DNA of 64,000 nt, taken from contig CAVNZM010000007.1 of the NCBI GenBank assembly GCA_963693365.1, positions 3,655,962 through 3,719,961 of the forward strand, given 5' to 3'. This stretch comes from Amoebidium appalachense (taxonomy: Eukaryota > Protista > Ichthyosporea). The stretch's first letter is position 1, and every line of letters starts with the position of its first letter. Below are positions 41,036 to 64,000 of this stretch, one piece after another. The notes under the pieces were generated by a model, which saw only the letters and a list, made by a program, of their open reading frames with translations, was not told where the DNA came from and searched no databases. The translations under genes and the position numbers were made by a program.

Positions 41036-41352
41036 GTGGCCCCGTTGCCGCTACCAACGTCCCATTATCTCTGCTCCCTCTTATTCCGGCTGTTGGATAC
41101 ACGGGAGAAATTCATAGCGGGTGCTGGGACTCCGAAGGGGAATGAGGGGGAGGGGGGGGGGGGGGGGGGGGGGGGGGGCAAGTGATCAGCAGGGAATCAT
41201 AAACGCATTTATCATAATGTGCTCAGTAGAGGTTTTCAATCATGGGTTCAAGGTTTTTGTTAACTGTAATTACAAGTGGCATTTGAAACCATAGCAATGT
41301 GGTGGAAAGGGGGATTGGGAGGGAAGGGGAGGAGAGGCCCGTGGGAAGGCCG

Positions 41353-41392
<40 letters not shown>

Positions 41393-43102
41393 GGGAGGGG
41401 AGGCGGGGAGGAGGGGGAGGGAGGGACCCGGGGGGGGGGGGGGGGGGGGGGGGGTGCCAGGAAGTATTAAATGACTGCAGCCTGGAAGAACATTTGGTTT
41501 GCTGAGAAAGTACGAGGGGGGAAGGGCGTGTTGCAAGAAGTTTGATACTACTTTTCAATGATTATTATAAACAGTGGCCTGCCAGCGGGCTTGAAATGTA
41601 TTTTTTGTTTTGTTTTGCCTTTTGCTTTGTTTTGTTGGTTGTTCTGCAGCATGTGTGTGTGTGTGTGTCCGCGCGCGCGCGTGTGTGTGTGTCCGTCTGT
41701 GTGTGTGTGTGGGGGGGGGGGGGGGGGGGGAGGGGGGGGGAGGGGGGCCGGGGGAGGGGGAGACTCCGGAGAAGGGGTCCTCGGAGGGGGACAAGAAGCG
41801 GCCCGGGGAGAGGGGGGGGGGGGGGGGGGGATGGGATGGATGTCTCTTCTAATTACCGCTGCAGATCACGAAAATGGAGAGTCCCTGGCCTTTCCTCCTC
41901 GGCCTGGGCCTCATTTACCCCCCCCCCCCCCCCCCCCCCCCCCCCGGCTCCCCTCCCATACCCACCCTCCCCTGCCCCCCTCTCTTCCGCATACAGTGCA
42001 TACATGCACACCCTCCCGCACCAATGAGGAGTTGACCTTGCGGCACCAAACCAGAATTCGAACCGCCTTGGCAAAGCTAGGGAGAGGTCTCCCCTGAGCA
42101 GCTCTTCCATATTTGAAAATCAAGGCAACAACCCTAAGGCTTCGCAATGTACCACCTCCATCGGACTGTTCAGAAGAAGGGCCCTGGCAGAAATAACATT
42201 AACTAAATTTTATGTGACCTATTATTGAACTAATAGGTAAGGGGCAGGGGTTTTGGGGGGAGGGGGGGAGGGGGTGAGGGGGGGGTGGAGACAGAAGAGG
42301 TACGGTAGGGGCAGGAGAACGAGGGGGGCAGGGGGGGGGGGGGGGTGGCGAGGAGGAGGAGGAGGGGGAGGGAGGGGAGGGGGGAGGGTCGGAGAGGGAG
42401 GGGGGTGGGGGGAATAACGTTGGCTAAGGGATAAATCCTCCCATAAACGGTCGGTGTCTTAATATTATCAGTCACCAAAAAAGTTTATGTTTTTCGTTCG
42501 TATTTTTCATTTCATTGTTTTTTGTTTTTTTTTGTTTTTTTTTTTCCCTTTTGGAGAAGGTGGGGGGGGGGGGGGGGGGGGGGGTCGTTAGACTACTCCT
42601 GGCACAAACAAAAGTGCACATATGCGCACGAGTACTTTTCAGCTCAAATACGACGTGCTTGTGTGTGCATGCGTTCATGTGATTGTGTATTACATTGCGG
42701 CACGTGCGTGTGACCGTGTACAAATGTTCGATGACTTCGATTTCAAGACTAATTGGGCAAAACGCGTGGCTTAGTGGGGGCAGGCGGCGGTAGGTTGGGC
42801 GGGGAGAAGGGGGGGGGGGGGGGGGGGGGGGGGAGGGGGGGGGGGGGCAGAGGGAGGGGGGGGAGGGGGGAGGGAGGGGGGGGGGGGGGGGGGGGGTGGG
42901 GTGGGTGGGCACACGAGGCGGCGAGGTTTTACCGATTAAACGATTCATTCATAGAGAATTAGCACGGTACTGTAAGAATGAACGTAACATAAATCCTTAT
43001 GCATCACCCAGAGAACTTAAAGGATCATCAGAAGGAAATAATGTGTTGCTGGGGTCTACCGACCCCCCTCCCCCCCCCCCCCCCTCCTCCCCCCTTCTTC
43101 CC

Positions 43103-43137
<35 letters not shown>

Positions 43138-44212
43138 CGCACCCGTTTTGTTTGTTGAACGTTTCCCAATCCCTCCCCTCTCCCCCCTCTCCCCCCCCTC
43201 CCTCCGGGCCACACAAACACCACCACCACCACCACCACCGGACCCATTCAACTTTAAACTCTCCCCCTCTTAGCCACAACCCCAACACTTCCGACGTTTT
43301 CATCTCAATATAAAATTTAAATTTTGAATTTTGAATCCACACAGTTTGCACTTTGATAATCGTGGTTGGGTCCCTTGCCCACGACCAAGTCAGCTAGCCA
43401 CTCTTTCACTACCGTCACCGTATTGCTGTGCCTTGGTAATGCCCCGGTTAGCAACTTTCCAGTCACGGTTTAATGCATCCCTCCCCTTCCCCCCCCCCCC
43501 CTCGCCCCCCCCCCTACCCCACCCCACCCCACCCTCCTTTCCTCCAGTTCCCCTTAGCCCACGTACATTTTCTACGGAAAAATGTAATGCATCGTAATTA
43601 GAGTATTAGTGCGCGCTATCAAATCACAAGACAAGAGATTCGGACACACACTGTTCCCACACACCCACAACGCATACACGGGTGCACACACTGGCACAAA
43701 AATTACCTCGTCACTGCGGGAATTCCCGCTTGGGCGCTCGATTGGCAAACCCACACGGGCCCGTATACTATCGGACATACAAGTGCACGCTGTGACCAAC
43801 GTCTCTATACTAGGCACGTATATATAGCGTTGGGAACTTGAGACATGCATGCACACACGAACACACATACAGCACATGTACACGTAAAACACGTGTACGC
43901 CTGTGGCCCAGGTGCTTTCTTTTGAACTGAAAGCCCCCTCGAGACTCAGGCTCTCTTTCAGTCCCCCCCACCACCACCACCACCGGCTCTCCCCCCCCGG
44001 GTTCCCCGGTAGCATGTGGGGTGTACCCACACATATGCACACTGATCATAGCCTCCAAGATACTTAACGGTTACCTCTAATGCACCTGTTCACACGTGCC
44101 CCCTTGCGTACACCAATATAATTCGCTGAAGACAGAAGCCAAAATCCGACCCAGAAACGCACACAGTTTTTGCTCCTATCCGAAATTTAATCACAGTGAA
44201 TATCCAGCTCTT

Positions 44213-44262
<50 letters not shown>

Positions 44263-44480
44263 ACACCAACCCACCCGCTCATCCCCCATCCACCCACTTA
44301 CAAATCCGGCCAACAACCGCCACGACCAATGTTCACTGTGGTACTGTACGTAAATAGTATCAAACACTAACTCGAAGCAATAACTGAGGTAACCAAGGGG
44401 TTAAACACCTCGTCTACTTTCTGTATCCTGTATTAGAACAACTATCCGCATCCACATAATGAAAAATGTTGACGTGCCAA
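40175..44480 (-). CDS. Probable uncharacterised multi-exon gene (exons not firmly resolved)
   Basis: Islands of complex sequence, some bounded by AG/GT, lie between simple-repeat tracts (~43707-43803, ~42013-42184, ~40175-40400). No domain was recognised. Confidence 0.3.
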
Positions 44481-44548
44481 AGCCTTGCAATGGACTGTAG
44501 TACATGGCGGGCGGGTGGGTTGGGAGGGGAGGGGGAGGGGGGGAGGGG

Positions 44549-44583
<35 letters not shown>

Positions 44584-45240
44584 AGGGATATACACATCAT
44601 AATCACGCACATTGATCGTTAGTACACCTACTACGAGAGAACAATCGAGGGAGGGAGGCGGAGAAAGGGTTGGGGGGGGGGGGGGGGGGGGGGGGGGGGA
44701 CGGGACGGGGACAAAAGATCATGTGAGAAAAATAAAAGAAGAGGACCGATGCATTAAGAAAAACAAGTTCAAGTTGGTATGTGTGTGTGTAGGGGGGTAT
44801 CATGGATCTGGTCCGTGGCGTTTGTGTTTCCTTTTCCCTTGCGCGGAACCTTGCGGTTTTTACAGTTCCACCCTTTTTCTTTGCTGCGGCAGCTACCGGT
44901 CACAGTGTTATATATCAAGATGCATTTATTTCGTACCTGGACGATAAATATGCACCTTCATTGTTTCTTGTTTTATTCCCTTTTGGCCCATAATAAGCCT
45001 CAATATTAACACACCTGTAAATTGGGCACCACATGTCATGAAACATGTTTCACGCGCACAACAGCGATGTAGACTGAAGTGCGCTTACATTATCTATACA
45101 TATTTTGTTTGTGTAAGTCTTTCCATTTGTATCAAAGCAACAACCAATAACTGTATGAGGCATACAATGCCACGCACAACTATTTCAGATATCTGTCACA
45201 CGCACACGGTATCCTACTACACCACACATTTATATATAAC

Positions 45241-47953
45241 TTAGACGCGGAGCGTGGAGCGGCGGCCCAACATATCCGTGTTGGACTTGTACGTCGACGA
45301 GCCATCGTCGAGGTTCGCCGAGCTCTGCGTGATGACAGCCGAGGAATAGCGACCCAGGCGGTTTCCGTTCTGCGTAAGCACCTCCTCCTCCTCCATAATC
45401 TTCTTCGCGCGGCGACGGTAAACAAGAATGGCAGTGAGAGAGCACATGCACGAGCAGCACAGAAGAACCGTCGTAACGGTAGCGATGGCGATAAGCTTCG
45501 CCGTAGTGCTGCTGCCGCTGCTCGCCTGGACGGGGATAACAACGGGCGTAACGGGCTCGGGTTCGGACGTGGCAAAACCAATACCGACCTCCTTGTCGAC
45601 AAAGAGAGCGCCCGATCCGGTGTTACGGCGCTCGCGGTGAACAACCTCAACAGGGTTGAAACCGGGTGGGTATGAGGCCTGACCCATGTCAATGGCTCCC
45701 ATCTCGAATGTGTTACGACGGCGGCGGCGAACGGTGCCGTCGGTGTACGTGACGCGAACCGTGTAGTTGAGTGTAGCAACACTTCCGTTGGTGGCGGCGT
45801 CGGCACACGCCATGGAAGCAGTGACGGGGATGGGGAAGCGGATCTCGGGAGGATCGACGGTGGGGCGGTTGACGAACTGCTGTTGCAGGCTGCCGACGTC
45901 GATCATAAAGTCACCGTATGGTGTGCAAGAGGTAGTAGAAGTACGCAGGACCTTGATCACGACGGCGTCATCCAGACCCACACCAGTGGCATTAGTCCAC
46001 AAACGGATAGACCAGAAGGACTGGTCGCCGAGGTTGAAGTTGAACGTAGGGCGGTTGGTGAGATATGTGTTGTCCTCGCGAAGAAGAATATCGGGCGTGA
46101 AGAGGGCAGACAGGTTGTATACAACCTCCTCGCAGAAGTTGTTTGCCTCAATGTCGAAGTACACGTCGGCGCCAGAGGTGATACTGGGGCACTCGAGGGG
46201 CGTGCCGTCGCTGTCGAGCTCGATACAGGCCATGGAAACGTTGCGCAGCTGGTAGCGACCGGAAAGGTCGCAGGTGGTGATGTTGAAGGTGATTGTCTGG
46301 TTGCAAAGGGAACCAGTGTCCAGGTTGTTGCAGGCGCTGCCGACAGAGTAAAGCGACGTGTTGGTGCCGTTGATTGCCGTCTCGATAATAACCACAGAGC
46401 CGTTACCGTAGCCGGTGAGGGTGAAGGGAGAAGGAAGCGAGACGACAATGGTAACACGCGAAGTGTTCTTTCCATCGATACCGGTCTCGACCTTCTGAAT
46501 TGCAGCCTGCAACTCAGCGTCAGGATACGACACGGCGACGGAAGCAATGACGTTAGCCACACGATCCACTTGGAGGGTCAGCTTGGTTACTGCGTTACCG
46601 GTACGGTTAACGGCGATAAGTAGAAGCTCGGTCTGGTTGACACGGTCGACCAATTCACGGTACTCCGTCTCGATCTGGTTGGTGTAAGTCTTGAAGGTGT
46701 CGGTGGTGACAACCGTCGAGTTGCAGTTAACCAAGTGGTCGAAGGGGACGGAGAAGTTAAGGCCCGCGCGGCAGGTACCTGGGAAAATATCCAAACTGTG
46801 GCGGTAAATGTGGTTGTTGGCATCCCTCAAGTACGAACAGTTGCCGAAGTGCAGGTTCTCCAGCTGTCGCGTGTTGAACCATGCGCCAAGGTCGGCATAC
46901 ATCCAAATGGTGTTAGAACGCACGAAGGAAGAAAGGAGGGCCATAGAGAAGTTAGCGGTCAGGGCAATAGGCTCGTTGAAGTTGCACTCGGAGTTGTTGT
47001 TGGTGGTGACGACGGTCAGGTACTGGAACGTCGCGTTCCACACGCCCATCTTGAAGAGAATGGGCACCTGAGCGGGGTCGACCTAGGGGTCGAAAAAAAA
47101 GCGTGGTAAGAGATGGGTCGTTACAATTTTTCCTGGGAACTTTGTGGCAAAAAAACAAACAAACAAACAAAACAAAACAAAAAAAAATAAAAAATAAAAA
47201 AAATACATGCGCATGCGGACATACAGAGAGTGGTGTGGCACATTGCAGTCCCGCATGCGCACTGAGACACAGATGGCTTTTTTGCTTCGGTGCATTAAAG
47301 AGTTGGCTAAAATCACCAAAAAATGCATCCCCCCCCCCCCCCCCCCTCATGCATCATGGCACTGTTGCCACAAACGTTTCGTCTATACAGAACACCCTTC
47401 CTCAGTCCGTTCACCCCCAACTCCAAAGTAGCCCATTGAGGCCACATGCACATTGCAACTACTTCAAACCGCTAGACTGTGGTGTATGGTACAGCAGCCG
47501 CGCCGTATACTGCTAAGCAAACGAGAACTGGAACCTCACTTCGGCACCCTTGAGGTGATTTCGCCAACGTCTGATCGTAGAGGCACAGTGCAACAGGACT
47601 TAGAATCTCTTAAATGTAGCATCTTTTCTCGATGCTCCCACAGACGTTTTCTAGTAACACAGTAAGGCCACACTCGAAAAAGAGCTAGCCCAACCCATCT
47701 AGAGAACCTAACGAAGAAAGGAAAGCAAACTCACCGAAATAACGGTGCCGTTGTCCTGGTGGCCTTTAATAGCAATCCTCTTAGAGATAGTGATGGGGGA
47801 AGACACGTTGTAGACACCCGCAGACAGCTCGAGCGTGTCACCATCTACCGCTGCGGCCACTGCTGCAGTGAGGGTATCTGCGCCGGGAGCAACAGAGACG
47901 GCGTTGGCTCCCAGCACAAACGCGCAAAGTGCGAAGCATAGTCTTCGCAACAT
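45241..47953 (-). CDS. Type I membrane glycoprotein: signal peptide, beta-helix-like N-cap, Cys-containing ZP-like ectodomain, polybasic site, TM helix
   Basis: Exon 1 47735-47953 (MLRRLCFALCAFVLGANA; AAVDGDTLELSAGVY) splices in phase to exon 2 45241-47067. There are many NxS/T sequons, RRRRRN and RERR sites, and TM LIAIATVTTVLLCCSCMCSLTAILVY followed by RRR. Confidence 0.85.
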
Positions 47954-48778
47954 TTTTGTTCTCTAGGTGTAGGCCGGTGGAAGTAACTGATAGGAAAAAG
48001 GGGGAGTGGGCCGGGCCCAGAAGTGGTTTTGGTATTGTCAGCCGGCCGACTGTTCAGATAAAAAGCTCGCTTTTTTCGTTTGTTTCACATACGGAGAAGA
48101 CATATATAACAGCAACCCTCTCCACAAAGGTGGGTGAGGCGTTCTGACTGCTTGTGTATGACAGAGACAACTGAATATCAGTTCCCGTGCAGCCCTCAGC
48201 CCTTGCATTCCATTCCGAGCAGGGCAAATTAATGGCCTTTAAGAGTCACGGTCTAATTAGTTAGCAAACAAATATTAAGAATCGATTAAGCAACCAATAA
48301 AACGAAACTGTCTTCGTTATTTACTTAGTGCGGAGTTAATATATATATATTCTTATGTGAAAGAAGTGTGTTTTAATAGGAGGATAATAAGGGCGTGAAT
48401 GTCGTGTATTGAATACTTGCATTGCAGAGATAAAACCAATGCATTCTCGGAATAGCAGCGCAACTGTCGGCCAATCGGCGCCAAAAGCTTCCTTCAGGAA
48501 TGCGTAAAAGATACAATATTGGCTGTCAAAGTATTTGTAAATATATCCATCCTTTAAGCGGCCTTTGACTGTTCGCTGCCTAATAGCTATTCTTCAATGT
48601 TTTAGTGCATGCGCCGCACGGTACACATATCCCTTATATACCTTTCGTTTTCGTTTCAAATTTATGCGCATTATAACTATTGGGCGCGCGGGTTACGAGC
48701 TCATACATTACAGGGCTAAGTGATACATTACAAGGCTAAGTGATATTTTGGTTCATGCACATATATCCCGGGCCTTCC

Positions 48779-48810
48779 GAGTGGCGCACCGGTACCGCGC
48801 GGGCTCATGA
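48779..48810 (+). other. Degenerate tRNA-iMet-like 5' half
   Basis: GAGTGGCGCACCGGTACCGCGCGGGCTCATGA resembles the D-arm to anticodon segment of eukaryotic initiator tRNA. No T-arm follows. Confidence 0.25.
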
Positions 48811-51737
48811 GTACACATCACTATGAAAAAGATGTTTGTATGCTTATTTGTATTCTGCCATTAAAATTTTAAGGGGATACAACGAGATCTATGCATGCTA
48901 AGCATATTAATCCAGCGTCTTTCTTACTTTCAAACTCCCGAAGAAACAGTTTCTCCGTTCGAATTTAGGCACAAACACTTGAGCTTCGTGCGCAACTGTC
49001 GCCTGAACTGCTGTGTGTACACGTGTGATAAATACCCGTTCCACGGCCCAGCTGATTGGTCTATATTACTACTGGAATGTGGTGGAATGCCTTTTTTTGT
49101 TTTTAATGATTACAAGCAGCGCGTCTTCACAACGCGACTATCTACAAATAAATTTTAAAGTGTTCATTCATACATCCGTTTACTGTGCAAAGCTTGGATT
49201 ATTGTCAAATGATATACCAGGTATTAGCAATTATTGTTCAACATGTGACACTATTTAGATGCAGCTCTGCCAAAGGGCAATCCATATCGACGTAAAATCG
49301 GAGTTCACGCCATGGTCGTGATCACCTCGAAGTCGACGGTCGGTCGACACGCGTGGTGACGTGGCCGTTCTGCCCATTGTGCTCAAGTCTGATATCTGCG
49401 CCGTACAGCCGTACGCCTGCGCGCGCCGTTGCACGGGTCAGTGACATAGTGTGGTTTGGTTTACACGGTCTATATATTGTGGGAAACGGTGGGAGCACAG
49501 CCCCTCGTGTGCGCGTCGCCATACAAGAGCCAAACTATCCATGTATTTAGAAATGAATAGGAACTTTATTTGAGTCGATGATCATGACAATAAAGCCGAA
49601 ATGGGGTGGCAAACGCAAAGCCCGAGAACTCGGAAACAAATTCAAATTTATTTTGACTCTGCAGAGAAATGGTTCACGGCACAGGCTGGCAGGAACTGTG
49701 GCACAGTCGAGGCCTACGACATGCACGGCTTAGCCCCAATGGAGCATAAGTAACATAAATTGTTGGACGAAGCCCCTTCCTGGTCAGTTTCCGGCAGCCC
49801 CTGACGTCATCACACTTGCGCAAGGGCCTGTTATACAGGGCGGTCCGGGTCCCTCCAGGTGGCGTCTAATTCCAATTCACAAAACTTTTGCCAAATAAAA
49901 ATAGTCTACATTTCAAGACTCTATGTTGACTCAATCTTGCGTAACCCATAGTCCCGTCAAGATCAACATAATGTTACCTGTCCTTCCAAAATATCAGCGT
50001 TCGAAATGTTCGATCGTACCCAAAAGGCTATCGAATTTGTTTTTTTTTATAGAATACCAAGCGTAACCATCACGTCGCATTTTCCTGTACACAAGCTCTT
50101 TTTCTCCATTATCTATTATTAACAAATGGCTTTCAATTGCTTTCTTGTAATGAGGTCGCAGTGTTCAGTGTCGTGGTATACGTAGATACTACGCCTTTGA
50201 AACCAAATTCGAACCCTGCTGCGGCAGGATGGTATGGAATCTGAACCGGACCTATTCTGCGAGACGCGTGTACAGCTTGTCTATCTTATTTCCGTTAATG
50301 TTACATAAGTATTTTTGTATGTGCGCACACAAGGGCTTCGCCTGTCATGGCCAATTGTCGTAGCATTAGCCATTACTATCTCGTTACTCATCTCGGTATC
50401 CCGGGAAATATTGGGAAATGGCTCAATTAGGATGAGGAACATTTTAGATTACTCATTACCCTCCATCAAAGAACCACGTTTTTGTACCTTCAATAGTGGT
50501 CATATCGAGTTAAAAAATTTCTAGAAACAAAGAAAATGCATTGTTTTACCAGGGCCTAGCAAGAAAACATGGTATTTTATAGTACATTACTACACTGCGA
50601 CACCATGATCATCATCCGCCGGCGGCTTTTTGGCTGTTTTCGTTCAGCCCTGGACTGCGCCTGTGTGATGCGCTCAATTGATGCCGCCGTCGCCGCCCAA
50701 AATCACTACATTGTAATTGATGAGTCACATTCTTGTGAGATGAGTAACTTTCCTCACACCTCGCTACCCCTTCATGATTGCTCATAGTAAACATCATAAT
50801 AATAGACTTTAACACCCCCCAAAAATTGCGCGTGTTTATCCTTATAAGAGGTAGCTTTTTTACTAAATAATATAAGACTTTGGATGCGAGCGGGAAAAAA
50901 TCTGAGCGCCGCAAAAAAAGGGTGACATTAAATGTTACTCATTAAAAACCATGGGGGTTAGTCAGTGTGCCCGTCACTGCGACAGTCCGACGGACTCCGG
51001 ACATGCGCAGACAGAGTGTGCACGTGCTATGTTATGCGTACACCCTCAAGCTCAGTCGACTCATAATGGAGCTACATTACAGACTGTATCTCAGTTCTCT
51101 GAGGACTGGTTCGCTAAAGGGTTAACACTATTATTTTTCAAGTAAAGACGACGAAAAGTCCATATGCCAGGTACGTAGTACAGAATGATAAGTCTCATGA
51201 ACCTGTGCATCATCGATGCATCGTGAGGGGGATATACTTCCGCAGCCGCCCAAGTCAATCTGTGATTTCCGAGTCACGGTTGTAGAGAGCATGCACGTGC
51301 CCACAAGTGGACCATGTCATCCCGCAGGACTCGGAAGCTTCTCGGCTACGACAGTTTGTGACACCGCCTGCGCCTGATCAGCGTCGGCGTGCGTTTTGTG
51401 TTGTTCTGTTTTATCTCAGCCTTACTGGAGAGTACCCCTTCCGATGGTTCCTTAGATATGCATGATCATTGTAGTTTTTATTCTTTCATTTGACTTATTG
51501 CAAAAAATTGGAACTAGAAAGGCAGATACTATGCCCTGACTGAACAGGTGCGCCCAGCTACATATGCTTATTAAACTTCAAGTTGATATTGTGTTCGTGT
51601 GTCTCGGCATGCGTGCGTGCATCATATACGGTGTGTGTGTCACCGTGTATGAGGAGTCTACTCTCGTCTCGGTATACGTATGCATGTGTGTATGTTTAAA
51701 TGTGCACACGTCACGGTGCCATGCATGGTGCACATGT

Positions 51738-51783
<46 letters not shown>

Positions 51784-52331
51784 CTGTGTGGGTGTGTGTG
51801 CGTGCGTGCGTGCGTGTGTGCCTGAGTGCGAGCTCACATATTATTGGTAGAATAGCACTATGAATTGTGACACAAGCTCTCCTGACCTCTTGAAGTTGAT
51901 TTTTTTTTTTTTTTTTTTTGGCAAAGAGGGGGGTTGGGGGGGGGGGGGGGGGGGGGGGGGAGGGGCTGATTCGGAAGGAGGCGGAGGGGAAGGGCCTCTG
52001 GAGTGATGGTGAAGACTTAGCGTGTGTGTGTATCTATACATGTGTGTGGTGGGTCGGCGGGGACTATTGGTTGGGTGGGTAGTAGGGACGCCCTAGAAAA
52101 GTTTATTATTTTCAATCACCCGAACATGTACATGCCTAAGCATATGGTCATGCTTGTTTCGCTACCTGACATTGTATGAACGGCGGGTAGAACCTTTTGC
52201 AATCCCCCCCCCCCCCCCCGCGTAAATACCCACCTAACCAAAACAAAGGTGAAAAATCCCCAATCCCAGCCGCTGCATTTTCCCAGGATTGACTCATGAT
52301 TGGGTTCAAACCTTTCTAAAACCCACGGATA

Positions 52332-63540
<11,209 letters not shown>

Positions 63541-64000
63541 CTGTTAAGGGTTAAGACATGTGTCAGCCTTTCTCGGCATGACGTCGATGTGACGTCATTA
63601 CGAGTGGCTCACGGCCGGTCGATGCCGGTAAAACATATCGAGTGTGCTGATTGTTTTACCATTTATGGGATGTCCACGTTTAGGGGATCGCCATACAAAG
63701 ATAATTTTATGCATGCCATTGAGAAATGTCAACATAAACGTTCACACACACTCACACATTATAGGAATAGCAGTCCAATAGGAATAAAGGACATGCCGCT
63801 ATAATATCAAAAGGGCACAAATGCAAAGAGCATACACGGTAAGTAGAGGGCGGAGTGGGGGTTTTATTTGGGGGGGGGATAGCATACGGGAAGGGTTACC
63901 ACACATATTAAGAATAGGGGTTCTATAACAAGATCGTATGTGTTTTAGGATTCTGCCATTAGAGGGTCAAAAAAGAGCAAATGCAAAAAGCATTCAAGTT

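Noticed and set aside
45767-47109. Plus-strand ORFs opposite the membrane protein and the Copia pol
   Set aside because: They are antisense shadows of GC3-biased coding sequence, with no motifs.
50195-50260. tRNA gene suggested by GGGTTCGAAT on the minus strand
   Set aside because: No cloverleaf or A-box at the proper spacing.

Overview
Eukaryotic genomic DNA with spliceosomal GT-AG introns packed with poly-G/poly-C, poly-A/T and (CA)n/(GT)n tracts. The gene set suggests a unicellular opisthokont or holozoan, but this is inference only. The first ~20 kb is a nest of retroelements. A Ngaro/DIRS-type tyrosine-recombinase retrotransposon is interrupted by a non-autonomous Ty3/Gypsy element with apparently identical LTRs and by a Copia-type LTR element. 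The nest also holds a TRIM, a poly(A)-tailed non-LTR insertion carrying a 41-bp hairpin array, and a near-intact Ty1/Copia element with 708-bp LTRs and a TATAC TSD. The remainder holds multi-exon host genes, mostly on the minus strand: a Siz/PIAS-like SP-RING SUMO ligase that appears to begin with a Plus3 domain, a two-finger GATA factor, a type I membrane glycoprotein with ZP-like architecture, and the 3' part of a TGFBRAP1/VPS39-family gene. Leading candidates for novelty are two P-element-like footprints that each keep exactly 21 bp of both ends, the Plus3-SP-RING fusion, a structured intronic RNA repeated in three introns, a ZP-like module, a possible tRNA-Tyr half-molecule primer site, and (CA)n-CAG splice acceptors. 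All calls were made by eye, and no database searches were run.
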